Below, piece by piece: positions 13,100 to 27,191 of a DNA stretch of 64,000 nucleotides; within the stretch, counting starts at the first letter, position 1, and the number at the start of each line of letters is the position of its first letter. The stretch covers positions 4,734,510 through 4,798,509 of the forward strand of contig OZ316892.1 in NCBI GenBank assembly GCA_973895155.1, in the 5' to 3' direction. The DNA is from Marsupella aquatica. Lineage: Eukaryota; Plantae; Marchantiophyta. The notes under the pieces are model-generated. The model was not told the origin of the DNA. It was given only the letters and a program-made list of their open reading frames with translations, and did not search any database. The position numbers and the translations under genes were made by a program.

Positions 13100-16000
13100 T
13101 CAAAGCACGAAAAAAAGTGGCCTCAAAACTACAGACGTGAATATTCTGACCAAAGGAATACTTTGACACAAGTCTCCATTCTGCAAATTGAATCCTTCTG
13201 AACAACTAGCTAGAAGGGCACTAAAAGAACCCATTTCAAATGGGCAAGTTAAAGATGGGCCGTGTTCATCCTCCTCCTCCATGAAAGGTGCTGATTGGGC
13301 TATATCTACAATGTCCTCATTGTCATCGTCTGAAGTGACTATGTCTCTTAACACCTGGTCAGTAGTATCAGTTGTGTCCTTCTCCTGCCCCTGTCCAAGG
13401 TGGTCTTTCCGAACTTGACAAGTTCGCTTGTCATGGCCCCTTTGCTTGCAGAAACCACAGATCCTGGGCAATCTCACTCCATCCTCGTTCGGGAACCTCA
13501 GCCTAGGTTTCTCTGTGGGACGGCCTCTCTTTCGCCTCTTCTCGGGTGGACCACACCATGAATCCGGCTGTAGATCATCTTTCAAAATATCAGGAATACT
13601 ACCACTATACGTCTGTTTGAAAGACTCTACGGAATAAAAGTGTGAAACAAAATTGTAATGGCGAAGATGCAATCTAGTTATAGCTCTCCAAGCATGAGTG
13701 CATGGAATACCAACATCCTGCCAATCACCACAAGAACATTCTTTCAATGGCTCCAAAGTGACCAGAAAATGTCTTCCACTTGAATCAGTAATTTTGACCT
13801 CCGTAGGGCTGGATGGATCTGCAAGTTGAAGAGCTGTCTCATGTCGGTCCCTCAATATGGCCATGATATTTGGAGGAAATGGTGTACCTAAGGACTCTGC
13901 TAGCACCCTCTTCTCATAGTAGTGTTTCATCATGTAATCCCAAATCAGATTTGATTGTTTGAATGCAACTTCTTGTCACTCAGCCTTCAGTGCTCAATTA
14001 GTGCTCTCTGCCTGTTGGGATGTCTCATGGCCCCACCTAATCATGAGAAGGAATGTCAATTAGAAATGAAAACAATTAAAACAATCTTCTTCAATAGGGC
14101 AATACAGAAATTAATACAACAGCAATGGGCATATGTGAGGCATCACCTGGGGTACAACATGAATGCCCTCTAATAATGAGATGGATCTGTAGTTTTCACA
14201 ATGTACTCAAATGCTGACGGGTAGTCCTCCTCAATTTGGTCTAACCTCCACAAGTACTGGTCCTCATTGGCAGCATACACCAGCCCATCAAATGCTTTCC
14301 TTGCTGCCTTGTTAGAATAAGCTTGTAAATTTTTCCCCAAGTGCCATGTGCAAAAAGCATGGAATGCCAATGGGAAAACCTGATCAACAGCATTTTGCAG
14401 TCCCTTTTCTCGGTCTGAAATGAAAACAGTACTACTGCGAGACAGCTCTGGGATAGCATTGTGCAAAGCCTTCAAGAATCTCATCCAAAACTGTTCATTC
14501 TCTGATGGAACCATGCAGTATGCCAAAATCATGACAGTGTTATTAGCATCCAACATTGTGGCTACCAATAACATTTGAGGATATGCAGACTTTGTATGTG
14601 TGCCATCTAATGCAATGAGTGGCCTGCAATAAGGATATGCCTTTTGAGAAACATTAGGACACACAAATAAGGATAATGCAATGAGTGGCCTGCAATAAGG
14701 ATATGCCTTTTGAGAAACATTAGGACACACATCAGGTGCTGTGTAGTTTGCAACAGCACCTGGATCCCTTTGTAAAATGTGGTGACAGTGACTAGGGATC
14801 AGAGAAAGGACTCCTTCTCATCACCATCCAATCGAACAAGGGCCCTCTAACACGATTTCGGACCGACCGAGAAGTGTGTCGGAGTTCTCGTTTAGCCCGA
14901 TCTCGTTTTTTTTCTAAGGCAATGCAATGACCGATAAAACTGGCAAAAACTCTCCGAAACGCCACTTTCCTCCATTGCATCGCCATGGGAATGCAGGGAG
15001 TGATACGTGCATCAGGTTTTACATTCCGTCAGTGGAAAAAGTCTGAACTGCGAGTAACTTGGTCCGAACCGCGTAATCCAGGAACGACCACGCACTAACC
15101 CAGGTAAAGGGGAAACTTAACCATGGTTAAGGGGAAATTAACCATGGTTTAGAACGTCTCCTGTATAAAGAGGAGCGGGCTGCCCATAAAATGTTTGCTT
15201 TTGCCAGAGCAAATATCTCCTGACTGAGAGCGAATACCAAACTCCCATCAAGTCTTACATTCCTCCCAAGCGATTCGACTCTTTCTACTGAAAACCCGAT
15301 AAATTTATTGGAACAGCCATTCCTGTTCAAGTTCTCCATGTAAAACTAACTAGTCATTTAGTGTAAAATGTCCAGATCCGAGCGGACTGCGATAAATTTA
15401 TCACATTCTGCATTCCTCTGTTGCAATCATTTGATCCAGTGTTTAGAGAGGTGTTGCCTTCATTCCGATAAATTTATCGGAGTCTTCATTCCTTTCATGG
15501 AAAGAGGAGTAATTGAGAATCCGATAAATTTATCGAAGTTGTCATTTTTGTGAAAGATTGAATCAGGGCTTAGGTGTCTGAGGAAGTCATATTTTCAATT
15601 CGAATGCGGAGTGTGATAAACTTATCGCATCCTCCTGTGCGAAAAACTTATCGGCGGTGGCCCTTTTACAGTGTCTGTTGAGGGGTTGGCCCACGTGTCC
15701 ACTTTTGATTGGCTGTCACCCTAAACGACAAAATAGCAGAAAAGGGTATATTTCTTGGATTTCCAATTTCATTCTCACACGTGCATCGTGGCAAAATTAT
15801 ATAGTTTTGAAATTGAAGCGATAAATTTATCTGATGTTGGTATTGCAAAAGTGGTTCCTTCATATGGAAGTTGCAATTTGAAATTGAAGCAATAAATTTA
15901 TCTGATGTTGGTATTGCAAAAGTGGTTCCTTCATATGGAAGTTGCAATTTTGAAATTGAAGCGATAAATTTATCTGATGTTGGTATTGCAAAGATTTTTC

Positions 16001-17073
16001 TTCATATGGATAGGAATTTTGAAATTTAACTGATGAACCGAAGGATCTTAGTATTGTCGACTAGTAGTTTTGTCGCCCGTAGTTTTCGCGATAATTTTAT
16101 CGGACTGCGCATTGCTGTTGAAAGAATGGCATGTTGACTATGGTCACTTGCGAAGGTAACTGGTCAATTGCGGAGGTAACTGCAAGGTAAGTTTGACGAA
16201 CCGTGCAGTAATTCTTATCGACTGTGATGTAAAATATTTTTGGTAAATATCCAAAAACTGAGAAAACTGAGATTGGGTCGGAGCTTTCATGGCTCAAATC
16301 TGGAGTCCGATACAGTTATCGCACTTGGCTCGAAACATGGATATGGATTTATAGATAAGACCTTTCATATATCTTTGGAGAGCGTGAATATGAGGTTGAG
16401 AAGAAAGTTTTTTGGATCTAATTGTTTCTTGATAATATGAATGTTTGTTAGCATGAATTTCATTGGTTTTGATCATTATTAAATTTGCTGTTTCAATCCA
16501 AACTCCGATATGAATTACATTATTTCCCCCAAAACGTGTTTTTGATGAAAAAAATTGCCGATTTCGCGAGATTCGGCGGAAAATGAAAATACACTTCTCG
16601 TTTAGAGGAAATAGTTCTTGTTCGGTCCGAAATCGTGTTCTCTTCTTTGTTGCATGTGCAGTGTGGTATCTAACATCTGGATGCCAAATAGCCTGGGCAG
16701 TGTCCCTCAACGAGCAAGCTCTGACTAGTTGTCTATTCTTTATTATGATGTCAAAGATCAAAGTAGCCAATTAGTCAGAGGAATTATGCATGCGCCTAGT
16801 GTAATGGTCTGCTGCACAACAACTATGGTGATCATTGAGTTGTGTGATGGTAATGGTCTCTGTCTTGGAGCTCATAATGACTCAAACAGACCACAAACAT
16901 TTGTGGACCGGATTTTCATTCCACCACATTTTGCACTTTCCAAGGAAACGCAAAGTATCCTTTTTGTATGTTGTGATCACCCTTTCAGTTGCCACACCAT
17001 GTTTGACAATTGCCCTCCTGACATCTTGCCAAGTCTGAAAAGTATCACCTTTCTTCAAAGAAGGTTGAACCAT
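13100..17073 (-). pseudogene. MuDR/MULE transposase, disrupted
   Basis: MuDR DNA-binding-like N-terminus (16882-17073). Catalytic motifs LDGTH, FISDREKGL and HAFCTWH (14170-14730). SWIM finger CSCGDWQDVGIPCTH and zinc knuckle CGFCKQRGHDKRTC (13100-13933). Broken by stops, frameshifts, a duplication with 66-bp spacing (14608/14674) and the 14849-16639 insertion. Confidence 0.9.
14849..16639. mobile_element. Non-autonomous TIR element with 4-bp TSD, superfamily unassigned
   Basis: Perfect 18-bp TIR AACACGATTTCGGACCGA (14849-14866 and 16622-16639). TSD CTCT (14845-14848 and 16640-16643). Removing it restores the MULE frame AHATKKRALVRLDGDEKESF. Confidence 0.9.
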
Positions 17074-20000
17074 GGCTGCTGTAAGAGTGTGAATGGCAGT
17101 AAGTCTCTACATATAATTGAGAAAGGAAAATTGAGTCAGAATATATGTAACAGAAGCCAACAAATTTGAGCAAGAATGGAATAAGAGAAGTTGAATTAGA
17201 GAAGAGTAAGTTAATGTCTAATAACCCTCTAATAAGTCAGGGCACTAGAATATAAAAGGCCACATTTCAGTTCAAAACACATAAACCATAGTGGGTCTGT
17301 GGTTTGTTAAAAACTCGTAGACCCACTAAAAAGGAGTCAATGCCCAGTATCAATACTTAGTATCTTACATGAAAAAGAATTTGGCTAGTAAGAGCTCTCC
17401 ATGGTGTACTTAATATATGATTCTCTGCTCATCTGCATTGGGGATGACAATGAACGCTGCACTGAACGCGCGCTCCACTGAATGCTGCAGCATCCATTTT
17501 TGAAAATGAAATTTATGCTCAATTGGAGTCTATGTACTTTTGCGCATGTCTTCGGCCACTAAGTAATTTTTGGAAGGAAAGCAAGCAACACATTGAGATG
17601 ACACATTGAAGCCTCATAGCATTAGATTACTTGTCAAAATGAACAAGAAGCAAAATGTGGGATAATGTTCAATCTATGCACATCGTGATCTTGTAAATAT
17701 AAAGCTACAACCTCACTGCCATCCCTGATTTGTCCAAAAGAGTCCCGAGTCCTAAATTGTTCACATACTTGACCTGACGATCACGGATTGATGATATATG
17801 CATTGAAGAGGGGAAAATGCGCCCAACCTGAAAGTAATCTTGTACACAATGGTGATGTGATCAAGCGCCACTGACTAACAATACTCATATTTCACTATGA
17901 TTTGCAACAGTTTTGGTTGCTTGTAATACCTCAGCAACTCATCATGTTGCATTTAGTTCCATGAAAGAGACACGATCCAGTAAAACTGAGGTACGCAGGA
18001 CAGAAAGAAGTTGATGAGCGATGGGTGAGAAACAATACACTGCTTAAACAGTCAGCAACTGATTGACTTCACTCGAGACTTGACTTAGTTTGTTAACTCG
18101 AGAGGAGGCGCATTGAGTTGGCTTGAAATGCTGCAAAGTCATCGTTGTTGGAAGATGCCTACGGGGATGCCTGTCGCGAAGTCGTCGCTCAAGAGGAAGG
18201 AATGTATGAAGTACAGCAGATCAATGATGAGTTCATTCTGCATATATTGTGGTCATAGCAGCTTCAAGGTTTCCTATGTTGAAGGAACATTCACTTCACA
18301 CTCTAGCTGCAGAAGCCGCACTTATTCGGGACGTTGCTACGGTGTTTTCTCCCAGGTTGCAACTGGGGAAATTTCAAACTACAAACTACTCTGTGTCTAG
18401 TTGGGCCTCACAAAACGAGTGCGCAGTTCAGGAGGTTGACGGAAACCAATGCTTGACGGACTGGACGGGTTTTTCACCCATTTACAATAAGACTGTATGT
18501 CTCCCTTGAGTTAACTCGCATAAACCCAACTAACCACATACAAAAACCGTGGCAGTATTACAAATAGTGTAAAAACCGTGGCAGTATTGTAATAAGCCAC
18601 AACTTTAGTGGCAATGTAGTTAAAAGCTAAAAGTTCTAAGCTGAAGGATAATTGAACCAGTTAGTGGACTATAAAAAAATTAGATGCTAAGTCGTTGAGT
18701 AGGTTGGTACAAATTTGAACCCAAGAGTACCTACAGTAGTTACATAGTGCAATATTTTTTGGAGTGCGTTAACAGATAGTTAACCACTCCCCTTTGTATA
18801 TGAGTAGAATTATGATTGATTGACATTTGTGTGCAGCATGTGTGAGAGTTTTAGTGAGCTTTTTAAGTACGTACGTACGTTGGAGAAGCTGCGAGAAAGA
18901 CTTTATCTGATCTGGTGCCCAGACTTCAGGTGCTTGATCGAGTTTATGGGTACACTCTGCAACAACCCAGACTACGTGCAAGGAAGTAACTCATTCTAAG
19001 GTTTGGAGAGTCCTCGCAATTATTAGCAGAAAACTCATTGAAAGTAGTTAGTCCCGGGAGTAGTGAGTGGCATGTTGTCCAAAAAAGGCAAATGTGAGAA
19101 ACAACGAAAAGTTGAGTTGTTGCAATCTACTGTTAACTTTCTAATCAAATTAAATACACGTATTTAAGTCTTATATTTGATACTCTAATTGTTTTTTCTT
19201 TCTCATGAATGTTGGCATTTGCCTTCGGTTCACTCTGTTGTATACATTGTGAATTGCAATTGAGTGAATAACACCATAGTGAGCGATATATGTACAAATC
19301 ACATAAATCCACTTGATTCTCCTAAATCTAGAGGCTCTAGATTTGATAATCGAAAACGTATAATGAGTATGAAAGATTCGATGTGTTAAAATGCTGTCGA
19401 CCTTATTAATTACCAGAGACATGAGTGCTGAAATCAATTATCAGGGATACTGAATCCCTATAACCCAGAAGAGGACGAAGAAATGAGGACGACTTAGAAT
19501 AGTGGATATAGCCCCCAAGAGCCTTGGAATGATAGAAAGGATTGGTATTAGGTAATACATGCATGTCCGATGGGCTGCATTACACAGTGGAATTTGAGCA
19601 TCCTGGTCCACTCATGTTTTCAACTTCTAGGGTAAAAAGATAGAGTCAATATATCAGATCAAGAGAAAATTGTTCCTTATTTCTTTCCTTGATTTTCAAG
19701 GGCTTTGTTGGAGTAAGTATTGACAGGAATTTGAAGCCCCCATGGACCACAAGGTTGGTCTTGGAAACCCCCATGGACCATATTTCCCATTATTTGAGTT
19801 TAATTGTAATCACTTCAATAGTTCGTAAGTACGGACCCCCATTAAGGGTCCTTTCCAAAATTCCTGGCTCCACAGCGCGCCACATCATCATGGCACGTTG
19901 CAAACAGGAATAGACTTGTTTTTGGATAGAATTAACTTCTGCATTTGTTACTTTGTTGTAAAAACTGGGACGTCATGCCGTAAAAAAGAATGTAAAAAAA

Positions 20001-21013
20001 TAACTGACATGCAAATCAAAAGACAAAAAGATTGAGGTAAAACTGCTCTCAGTAACGGTTTTATTTACATTTTGATTTTATTCAAAACATAAAAATTTTC
20101 CGACAGCAATTTTTGATTTGACATTGCTGAATCAAATCATAATGAAAACTCACGTATAATATGGCATTGGAAAGATCTTGAAGAGACGGTCCTAATGAGC
20201 TCAACATTGTCACCATTCAATAAGAATTGAGTAAGTAATTTGAAAAATGGATTTTACCCGTGATTTCATAATCTCTAACGTGAATAGAAATCTTTGTTGT
20301 ACAACCCCTTAAATGTTGACCCCTTCCATGAGAATGAACCTAAAATTGACAGATTTTATCAAGTAGGAAGGAGACTATGAATTTTTAAATTTCTTTAGTT
20401 TTTTAATGAACTTAACATTGATAGATTTAGTTGAGTTTTGAGGAGATTATAAGTTTCCAATGTTCTCTAGCTTTCCAATGAGTGTGACAGTAGTTCATAC
20501 TACAATTGGTTTTGTGATTGATGTTAATTATGGTTGCCTTGGTAAGCTTGGCAGCTGTTTCAAGTGTCAATCAAATATTGACTTGTCCATTTTTGAATTT
20601 ATTTTTCTTCAGAATTGGAGGTTCATCTAGGCTTCTGTTTCTAGATAACTGTTTGTAAAATAACATGGGGGTCCACAAATTAATTAGGATCTCACAACAT
20701 GATTGCATAAAAGACATGTGTTTTGTCTCATTATTTTGGTTGAGTGGTTGTTGTTGCAAAACTTTATCAGATTGGTTAGTGTTGTTGTTGTGAAGGTATA
20801 TGTTATTTGGGATGGCAAGGGTGAGGGGCAGGCCAGACTTGTCTGATCTAGTGGTGATTAAAAACTCTTCAGGGATTGAATAGCCAGAATTGCAGCCCAC
20901 CTTTTGGTGATTGTTGTAAAGAGACAACAATAAAAAAAAGGCAAGATCAGGTAATCATTAGAGTATTTGATTGATGATGGAATTTTAGTTTTGCTATGCC
21001 ATTCAAAGGCAGA

Positions 21014-21835
21014 CCACTAGCTACTAAGTACTTTTAAGTGAACCTTTACAGTATTGCATGATACAAGCAGATTAGAAATTTTTGCTAGCAAGGAGAGTAT
21101 TGTTGACAAGTAACGAGTGACTCTTAATTTCTTTTGATTTTGGAGACTGTATTTCTACTACATTTCTAAGACTCCATTTCCACTAGCTACTAAGTACTTT
21201 TAAGTGAACCTTTACACGTATTGTATGATACAAGCAGATTAGAATTTTTGCTAGCAAGGAGAGTATTGTTGACAAGTAACGAGTGACTCTTAATTTCTTT
21301 TGATTTTGGAGACTGTATTTCTACTACATTTCTAAGACTCCATTTCGCTAGAAAGTTCACTGACCCAAAAAGAGTCCCCAAATTGGGTTTTACTAACCAG
21401 GTTTTAGACTCCATTTCGCTAGAAAGTTCACTGACCCAAAAAGAGTCCCCAAATTGGGTTTTACTAACCAGGTTTTGGTTAGCTAGGGAATGAGTTTACT
21501 AGACAAGCGGGGTTTCTAGTCTTAACACATTCTTTTCCTGTTTGCTTGCACACCATACTTATGGATATGGTTTACTATGAGATCTGAGAGGTAGCACTAC
21601 AATTACCCACTGAATACTATTAAATGTCTTAACACATCCTTCTCCTGTTTGCTTGCACACCATAGTTATGGATAGTTTACTATGAGATCTGAGAGGTAGC
21701 ACTACAATTACCCACTGAATACTATTAAATGTCTTAACACATCCTTCTCCTGTTTGCTTGCACACCATAGTTATGGATAGTTTACTATGAGATCTGAGTG
21801 GTAGCACTACTATTACCCATTGAATGCTATTAAAT
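21014..21835. repeat. Cluster of tandem duplications (166 bp x2, ~70 bp x2, ~105 bp x3)
   Basis: CCACTAGCTACTAAG at 21014 and 21180; AGACTCCATTTCGCTAG at ~21335 and ~21406; GTCTTAACACAT at ~21520, 21626 and 21731. Confidence 0.9.
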
Positions 21836-22456
21836 CTGAGAGGTCGTCTGCTCCCCTAGGCAACTTGGTTGTATCTTTTGCTGTGTGCATATACAGATCC
21901 GTGTCTCATACCAGATAATTAACTTAAGGGTCCTGCCCTGATCTCTCTCACAAGCTGTCTGGAAGCTGTAAATGACCCTTGCTTCCACAAGTTAGCGTCA
22001 TAGCAGAGAAAATCTGCTACCTGCTCTTGCAAGTAGTTGCTCGCTCAGTATTGGTATCTCTTAATAATCTTGGGTTACAATTATTTTCTGGTCCTCACGA
22101 TAACAGACTTCAACTTCAAAATGTTCGAAATGTCCGAAAGAGAATACTCAGATATTCTCGAGTCAAGAACGTTCGTATTACATGAGAGCGTTTCAGCAAC
22201 TGTCAAATGGGAACGTTTTACATCAACGAATCTGAAGATTTTACCCTGGAATGGCTTCTTTTTTCATCGCCAAAATTGAAGGGCAACAATGTGTTACACA
22301 GTAGAGGGATGGGTAATATCTAGTCTGAGAACCAGATCATCTTAATCTGAATTTGTGGATTAAACATGCCACTTTTGAATGAGTAATTAGAACCAATGGT
22401 GATATTGCTATTTTACGCTCAAGTACCAAAAGTCTAAGCTAATGCTTTTGAAAGAT

Positions 22457-23770
22457 TCATTGTTCATTCCGGTCGTGTCCACTATTCACGGAAGGTAACA
22501 TTTCCGGTTGTTGCTGCTCTATAGCCACCAACTCAGAGTGATGCTCCTCAGCAAGAACCCCCTGAGCCACCGAAGATACAATAGAACCTGCAAATCCCAA
22601 CATCACAAGGAGCACAACCGTATTCCAAGCAAATGCCACCATACTTCCCTTCGGAACCTGCATTGCAAGGAACGAGTCAATACAGGCATTTCATTTTACA
22701 AGCTTTAAGCTATAGGGCATTAAAATCTTGAAACTTGTTATCAATCTGCTTAACAAACAATTTTTTTTGTACGGCACAGTAAAACCGTACTCGAATTCTT
22801 GGAAGTGGAATCCAGAACCAAGCACATCCAAGCGTCTTTGTACTTGAAATAAGGATTGATGGAATTGATGAGAAGCTGATTTCGGGACTTCTCAATACCT
22901 TTGCTACAGCAGGCTTCGAGTTGCTGAACTTCGACTTAGCGTTCTCAAGGGCAGCCGTGATGCTTGGAGTAAGGTGAGCAAAGGCTGGCAAATGGTCCAT
23001 CAACCAAGCTAGGCCAAGACCTATCAAGTGAACCACATACGGGTTGGACACCATAATTATGAAAATAGTCTGTGAAAGCACAAGCAGGTCAGACGTCAGA
23101 GGAAACACAGCTCACTTGAATGTTTGCGATAATTATTTTAACTGCTAATCCACGTAAGATGTAATTGATGGCACAAATCTCGATAGTTTCTTGCACAAAA
23201 ATATATGTTGCCTACTGCAAAGGTTCTGTGCAAACCTGAATGTGGGTCTTGATTAAAGCCTTCCCAATCAAAGTTGCTGCAAAAAACTTCCAGAAAGGAA
23301 CCAGAAACTGCCCACACAGAATCCCTGCCAGATCAAACAGGGGATTGGGGATCTGCACAAAAGACAATTCCGAAGACTTCAGTCGAGTCCAGGAAGAAAT
23401 CAATATGACGAAAAAAGTAATGATTTGCAGGTATGAATGTGCATGAGATGTCAGAGAAGTATAAAACTCACAGAGGCAAATAAGAGGATCGTGAAAAATC
23501 CAAAGTTCTCGAAGTGATTGATCATCCACAGCTTGGAGCGCTCAAACAGGCTGTTTGGAGAATCTCCTGCGCTGACCAATTCATCGAGCTCTTTCAACCT
23601 TTCTCCAGCCAGTCGAGCTACAGCAATAACGACACAGCCACGGAGAGTAAAAATCAATTTAATAATATGATGAAAATTGATATGTCACAGGTCCGTTAGT
23701 CTGCAATGGCGTAGACGAAGCTCATCCGACTGACTCATATTAACCTATAACAACCAAATAAACAAACAAA

Positions 23771-23807
<37 letters not shown>

Positions 23808-26054
23808 CACGAACGCACATTTGAGAATCAGTAATCTACCTTGTCTCGATACGAAATAAGGAGGAAGCTCTCCAAAAGCAGTTCCAATGCCCCATAGAAT
23901 AGCTTCCAGCTGTATTTGGAGCAAAACACTGTGCAGTGGAACCATATATAGCAATGAGTCTGAAGCCAAACGTGGATACAATGATGGCCCAATTTCCGAA
24001 CAATCCTTGAAGGCCCACGAAGATGAACTCCCCCACTGAGCAGTATCGTATGGGGCACTCTTTAAATCAACCCGTCCACATTGTGTGGCCTTCAACGTGA
24101 ACATGGCAACATGTGGTCCCAAGTACAGCACAAATGTATGTAGACCAGAACCTGAAATATTACGTGCACCACATGCAAGGGTCACTGGTAAGACCAAAAG
24201 CTACTACTAAGAGGAGAACTATCAGAAAAGTATAACGCAGACTAAATGAGAAGTTTTGCGAGGAAAGTGGAGAATAGGTTGTACTGTCCCTTCTTCACGA
24301 AATTGTCAAGAGAATCTCAACACACGACCCAGCCAGAGAACAAAGTAGCCAATTCCAGAAACGAAAGCTCCGAAAGATCCAAGGAAAACAGGTAGAAAAG
24401 AGGATTCCAAGAAAAAAAAGTACCTAATCCAATAGAGGAAGCCACCCCAAGGGCTACCCACCAGACAACATATCTTGCCCAAGCCAAAGTTTCCTTTATG
24501 TACTGTTTCAAACAAAGTAATCATATCGGTCAGTTGTATCACCACAGAGAGAATTCTGTTTACTGGCTGCGAGTCACAAAACGACCAGAATAGTACTAGT
24601 CTGTTTTGCATTTCAAAACCATGCTCAAACCTTCCCCTAGCACTTCAATCCATCAAAGTTACTCTGCTCAACACTGGTAGTAGACTCCAATGAGTTTTCC
24701 GTTCAGTGAACCACAAACTTCACAATACTAGCTACTGGTCCTTGTATACAATCTGCATGGCTATTGTGTTCTTCCTCTGACTATTACATTTTAGGTTTCT
24801 GAGAGATACTTCTGCATCTTACCCGTCGGCACTCAACGGCCACAGAGGAAGGATACTTCATTAAAACTGGAATCGCTAATCGATCAGACCAAGTCAATTC
24901 AGCATCAGAAGTAATGATGGGCCAGTATGAGGGGCTTTTTCTTCAAGAATGTAGCTCTGGTAATTCTTTCGCAAAGCAAACCTCGAAACTGGTTCCGTTC
25001 AGAATCTTCAGATCAAGAGGTCGCAAGATTAACTGCGTTCAGAGCTTAGGAAGAATCTTCTGTGCTCCTTGACGACCACAAAAAGCGAGAGCAGTTCGTT
25101 GAGATTAAAAATACCGAACAACTCTCTATACAGTTCTCTGTGTTCATCTGGGACGGTGTTTGGTACAAAATGAATGTTACCGATATCTTCATTTCTGGCT
25201 AAGCAAGGGAAAGCAAGGAGATCATACCAATTTATGGGGCCCCTCCGTGATATACATAGTTATGCCGACAAGGACCGCGAAGATGAGAGAAAGCGAGAAT
25301 GACAAGCGGTGAGAAGTGATGTAGTTCAACAGCAGCCGGAGTTGACGAGACACATAGATACTGAAGTACTGCAGGGTCCTCACTGGTTGTTTGGCCAAAG
25401 ACAAACTCTCACGGTCCTGTGCATGCTTCCTCTTCATCTCTGAAACAAACAAGGAGAATATTAACTACAGGTCGAAGAAACCCAAAGCACAGGGACCATT
25501 CCTTCTCACGTAAAACAGATCTCCAAGCATAAGAAGTCATCCTGGAAATTAGTGCAAAGCCAACTCGCATATACCTACTTGGTTTGGCTGATATTGTACT
25601 CAAAGCGGAAACGAACGCATAATACCCACTTGACACCCTAATCTACTAATCTAATAACGATTGGCATCTTAGAAACTTTGATGGACAAAACTTGAAAGGA
25701 GAAAAAGCGGATCCCTCCAAATCCGCAACTAGACAAACAACCATGGAGCGATATGCACAATTATCGATGCAGGCCCCTTAGCAGATTCTACCGATACATC
25801 GACAGTCGATAGAATCAACACATTGAAAGATAAGGCAGTTGGTGCGACTACAACGGCAGCGGTGGAAGCAATTCAGTCATCCCACCACTGAATTCCATAA
25901 TAGCCTGGCTTCAGAGTCACGGCGAGAAAGAAATCTCAATTCTGTGACAGCACCCATTCTTGCTAAGAGATCGAGAGACGATCAATTTCGTACCTGCAAT
26001 TTGACTGGTCTCCCCAACAGTTTGCTCGGATGTGGCGGCAGCGTCGGGATCCAT
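22457..26054 (-). CDS. VMP1: Vacuole membrane protein 1 / KMS1 (VTT-domain ER protein), 8 coding exons
   Basis: Exons 26054-25994, 25439-25228, 24502-24424, 24151-23840, 23617-23472, 23352-23236, 23069-22899 and 22657-22457 join in frame at GT-AG sites. Motifs [41 protein letters not shown] and [14 protein letters not shown]. Confidence 0.95.
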
Positions 26055-27191
26055 AGCTGAAAGATAAATAGCAGCTCCAATAAATTCCGCCAGGGCAGGT
26101 CTGAAGTCACAGCGACTACTCGAGCATTCTGCGCGCCTGTCCTGTTTGCCAGACTACCCAGCTCAAAACAAAAAGTCCCACCCTTTCTTGAAATGACCTG
26201 AGGTGTAAATTAAACCCTAGCAACCCGTCTCGTTTAAGTACAGCATTCACCGTCCGAGAGAGCGTGAGCTCAATCCTCACAGAGAAGGATTAACCGACGA
26301 ATGACTGGTGGATGTGCAGAAGGAATGGAAGCCATCAACAGTAACTACTCAGTTGAATCAACCACTTAAATGTGAGGAAACCCGATGCACCAACATCGAA
26401 GGAGTTCACAATCCTTCCAGACTTTGGCCAATTAGGGCAAAATGGTGGCAAGGAGGAGTGGACGCTAACTAAAGAGACAGCCTTGCAAGGAAGACCACGT
26501 CGAGGGCAGAAGAAGAAGAAGATCGGCAAAGACAGGACACGAAGAAGAAAAGCACAGTTGTGCACACAAACATTCTCCCCATCCACGGAAGCAAGCAAGA
26601 AAGGCCGTCAACGACTCTCTTCTGTCCCTCTTGCTCCCAATTCGCACAGGACAGGACCGCCGCCTCAACCCAACACCGCGTGGAGGGAGAAGTCCGATCA
26701 CAAGGTATAAAGCAATCTCTCCTTGCACAGCTTTTCTTCAGGGTCAATCTCTCTTCAACTATGACTGTCACGAGACAGGCACCACCCCTTCGGCACCACC
26801 CTTCAGCACCACCACTCCACTTTTCCTTGGGCCCACCCACAAAGCGACGACCGAATGAATAACTTTCTCACTCTCGTTCAAAGATTCCTCTTCTCTCCCT
26901 CCTGCTCCCTTCCTTGCAGCAGCTGCTGCTGCGCAGTCAGTCAGTCGAAAACGAAGCCTACTCCATCAAAAATCCAGCAAAATTCTCACAGCTCCTCCCT
27001 TTTTCCATCGCTCAAAGCTCTCCGTCTCTCTCTCGCTCGCTCGCTCCTGTTCTTCCTTCGATGCAAAGGAATGAGCAGCTACAAAAGGAACGCAAAATCT
27101 CCTTGTACAAATAACACAGTAAGATAAGACGGACGCAAATGTGCCGCAAGACCGCGCGTGGACAGGGCCGCAAGTCAGAGAACGAACACCG

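Larger units (their letters stand above)
10686..18629 (-). mobile_element. Mutator-like element (MULE), 7.9 kb
   Basis: ~92-bp near-perfect TIRs (10686-10777 and 18538-18629) with an internal AATACTGCCACGGTTTTT repeat. TSD AAAGTTCTAA at 10676-10685 and 18630-18639. Internal mudrA-like gene. Confidence 0.93.

Noticed and set aside
26335-27127. Overlapping ORFs upstream of VMP1 as conserved uORFs
   Set aside because: They look like a CT-rich 5' UTR or intron with no recognisable peptide; conservation cannot be tested here.
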